NCBI GenBank assembly: GCA_021613535.1
Contig: CP075494.1
Coordinates: 2,666,001 to 2,730,000 of the forward strand
Direction: 5' to 3'
DNA length: 64,000 bases
Source: Adineta vaga
Taxonomy: Eukaryota; Animalia; Rotifera
Under the pieces are notes generated by a model. The model ran no database searches. It saw only the letters and a list, made by a program, of their open reading frames with translations, and had not been told where the DNA came from. Of this stretch, positions 61,101-64,000 are shown piece by piece (the first letter of the stretch is position 1; every line of letters starts with the position of its first letter). The translations under genes and the position numbers were made by a program.

Positions 61101-64000
61101 CAAGATTGAGTCTATCATTGAAAATAGCTGCTTCAAATACTTGAATATGTTTCAAATGAAAACGATTAAGATCATCAAGAATTAAAGATAAGGCACCTTG
61201 CCAATTACGTTGCATTATTATATGAATCAATGAAGATGGTTCAACAATTTGTTTTTGACTTATCGGAACAAATTTCCATGTCCAGGATTGATTATCATTC
61301 GAATTGGTTTCCATCGAAACTGAAGAATTCTCAATTGGTGTTCGATATAATTTACTCAAATCGAAATGGATTGATTGATGAAGAAATGTAATGAAAAGAT
61401 TCAAATGATTCGATACAATACAAGCGGCAATCACCGAATTCGATAAATTATCTTCGATTAATAAATCTGCATGATGTTTTAATAATAACATAAGACAAAC
61501 AGTCAAATCTTTAGTCACAGCAAGATACAATGGTGTATGTCCTTGTTTATTTTTTGTATCTATTGATTGATAATTCATTGATTGAAGAATTAAAACACAA
61601 AGTTCAACAGGATCTTCTCGAGTTTTTCGTGCTATAAAAACATCATGTAATGGAAGATTTCCAAGATCATCTTGGATGAATAAATCACATCCATTTTCAA
61701 TCAATGTTTGTTCGACAACATTGATCGTATCGACTGTACCTGAATTATGATAAACAGCAATATGTAACGGTGTACGGCCTGATGTGCCTCGACTATTGAT
61801 CGATGTTATATCAATAAGTTTTAATTTTTCGATAAATAAATGAAAAATTTCTAAATATTCATCAGAACGTGTCGAATTAGCCAGATAATAATGTAGTGCT
61901 TGATTTTGTTTATCATCTCTAGCAAGAAGATCACATTTTGGATCCGTTAATAATCGACGTATAACTGAAAGGAATTGAAGTTTACAAGCGAGAATTAATG
62001 GAGTTGAATGACATTCTGTTGGAGCTAGATTAATATCACATGATGATTGATTCAGAAGTATATCGATTATTTTCATGTCTTTGAAATGAATTGCTTCTAA
62101 TAACGGTGTTCGTCGTGTTACTGGATGAATAGCATTGACTTTTTTTGTTTTATCAAGAAATATTTCTAATGGATGTTCGTTTGTTTGTATTTGAGATGAA
62201 ACTGAACGTAATAAATAGAAAATATGTGTTTCATCAATATTTGAAGTTTCTTCATCGATCATTTCGAAACAAAATCGAATCATTTTAACAGTCGATTGAT
62301 AGGATTGAATTCCATAATATGCGTTACTATATGAATTTTCTCGACAACCTTGATCAAATTTGGAAAGACAATACATTAGCGGTTTTTGACTTTGATTATC
62401 GGCAATTTGACACATTTTTTTCATTTCATCAGTGACAGGTAAACTCAAAAATATTTGAATAAGCCGATAATCATCACAATTCATTGCAAAATAATGTAAG
62501 AATGTTTTTCCATCATAATCAACATCAGAATTCAATTCAGGTTTAACTTGATTAAGAAAAAAATCGAGAAGAATATAATTTTTCGATTTAACTGCAAGCA
62601 TCAATGGTGTTTCAGCTTTATTATCTAATTGAAAAGGATTACATTGATGATCGAGTAATATTTGAGCCATACGACAAAGAATTTTTTTCAACTCTACTTC
62701 ATTTTCTCCACTCGATCTTTGTCCAGCTCGATTAACTGCTAAATAATGAAATGCATTTTTACCGTTGATATCAACACAGATACAATCAGCATTATGTTTT
62801 TCAACAACATATTCCAATTGTTGAACAGAGAATGATGAAATTTCTAAACCAACTGTAATCATTACTAATGTTAGTCCTTCATCAGTTTTAAAATTCACAT
62901 CAGCTTGATGTTCTGTTAGAAGATAATCACAAATGCCAAAATGTCCTTTGAAAAAACCAACTCCAAGACATGTTGTTTGCCAACAATTAATACGATTTAA
63001 ATCAGCTCCAGCTTCCATCAATAATCGAACAGAAAAATACCATCCATAAGCAACAGCATAATGTAAAGCTGCGTTCATTGATGAATCAAATACATTTACA
63101 TTCGCTCCCATACGAAGTAAATGTGAAACAATATGAGCATTGCCATACACACACGCATGAATCAATGGTGTACGTTTGAAACGATCACGTGATTCAACTT
63201 TGCCTCCATTTTCAATTAAATACAGGACAAAATTCAAATATCCCTTTTGACACGCTAACATCAATGGTGTCAATTTCTCAGTCGAGATACTTGTGAATAC
63301 GTCGATTTTTGCACCAAATTTCAACAATATTTTGACACATTCCTAAAACAATAGACACAAATTTAACTTTAATCATTAAGAAAAACTTGACGTACTAAAT
63401 GATTATTCAACACAGCTAAATGAAGAGGAGAATATCGAGATTTATTCAGTTTATCAATCGATGCCAGTCCGAATTGCTCATATACTAACTGTTCATTAGC
63501 ATCATTCGATTCAGCTTTTTCTTTAGCTGTACGTAATAATAATTCGACATTATCAGCACGACCATTGGTTACAGCGATATGCAATGGTGAATTACCATCC
63601 TTATCAACATTGTTTAAATTTGTATTTCTAATAAATAATAGAGTTCAAGAAAAAAAAATCTGCCGTTTTTTCTGTTACTTCGATAAAAGATATTCCAATG
63701 GTTCTGTTCCTTCACACACAGCAGCATAATGAATGGGTCGTCGTTGATATTGATCGGCAATATTATATTCAGCAACGTTTGCCAATAATTGTTTCAAATA
63801 TTTAGTATTCGGATTAATAGCAGCACAATGAATGGGTGTAATCTAAAACAAAATGTGAAAATTTCTTCTAAAAACAAACAGACAAAATCGTACTAGACAA
63901 TTTGCTTTTGTCTTTTCAATAACATCACAAGGACTATTGATAACTAAATCTTCGTGATCAAATAGAAGAATCTACAAGGAATAAAATAATATCATAGAAC
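58114..64000 (-). CDS. Ankyrin-repeat poly(ADP-ribose) polymerase (ankyrin-WGR-regulatory-catalytic; nematode PME-5-like architecture); 5' end outside window
   Basis: Many ankyrin repeats; WGR domain (LFTRWGRIG); regulatory LTNEYYTIIP; catalytic triad LWHGT, FGK/GIYTAD, YNEYIVF across short GT-AG introns. Confidence 0.92.

Overview
AT-rich eukaryotic DNA with short (mostly ~45-70 nt) spliceosomal introns. Gene content (seven divergent class-A GPCRs, NHL and F-box-like families, ankyrin-ART, several genes of non-metazoan type) and TGTGGG/TGAGGG repeats point to a bdelloid rotifer; this is inference, not a database hit. Intact-looking genes include a cytochrome P450, a FEM1-like ankyrin protein, an ankyrin + ADP-ribosyltransferase, a Ser/Thr kinase, a SABATH methyltransferase, a bacterial-type GH5 hydrolase with an intron and membrane anchor, a secreted NHL protein, a three-module membrane protein and an ankyrin-WGR-PARP. 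They are mixed with many decayed genes and TE remnants. The main unexplained signal is a dispersed 45-80 bp palindrome, about 20 copies in 64 kb, with consensus (CAT)CTTGAGGGTGTGGGTGTG-spacer-CACACCCACACCCTCAAG(ATG). It is made of head-to-head telomere-type repeats around a few recurrent spacers, and sits just 3' of genes and at truncation points of pseudogenes and TEs, including a Penelope-like RT fragment. The second candidate is a single polypeptide of three tandem TM/Cys-rich-loop/TM modules, resembling a pre-concatenated trimeric DEG/ENaC-like channel.
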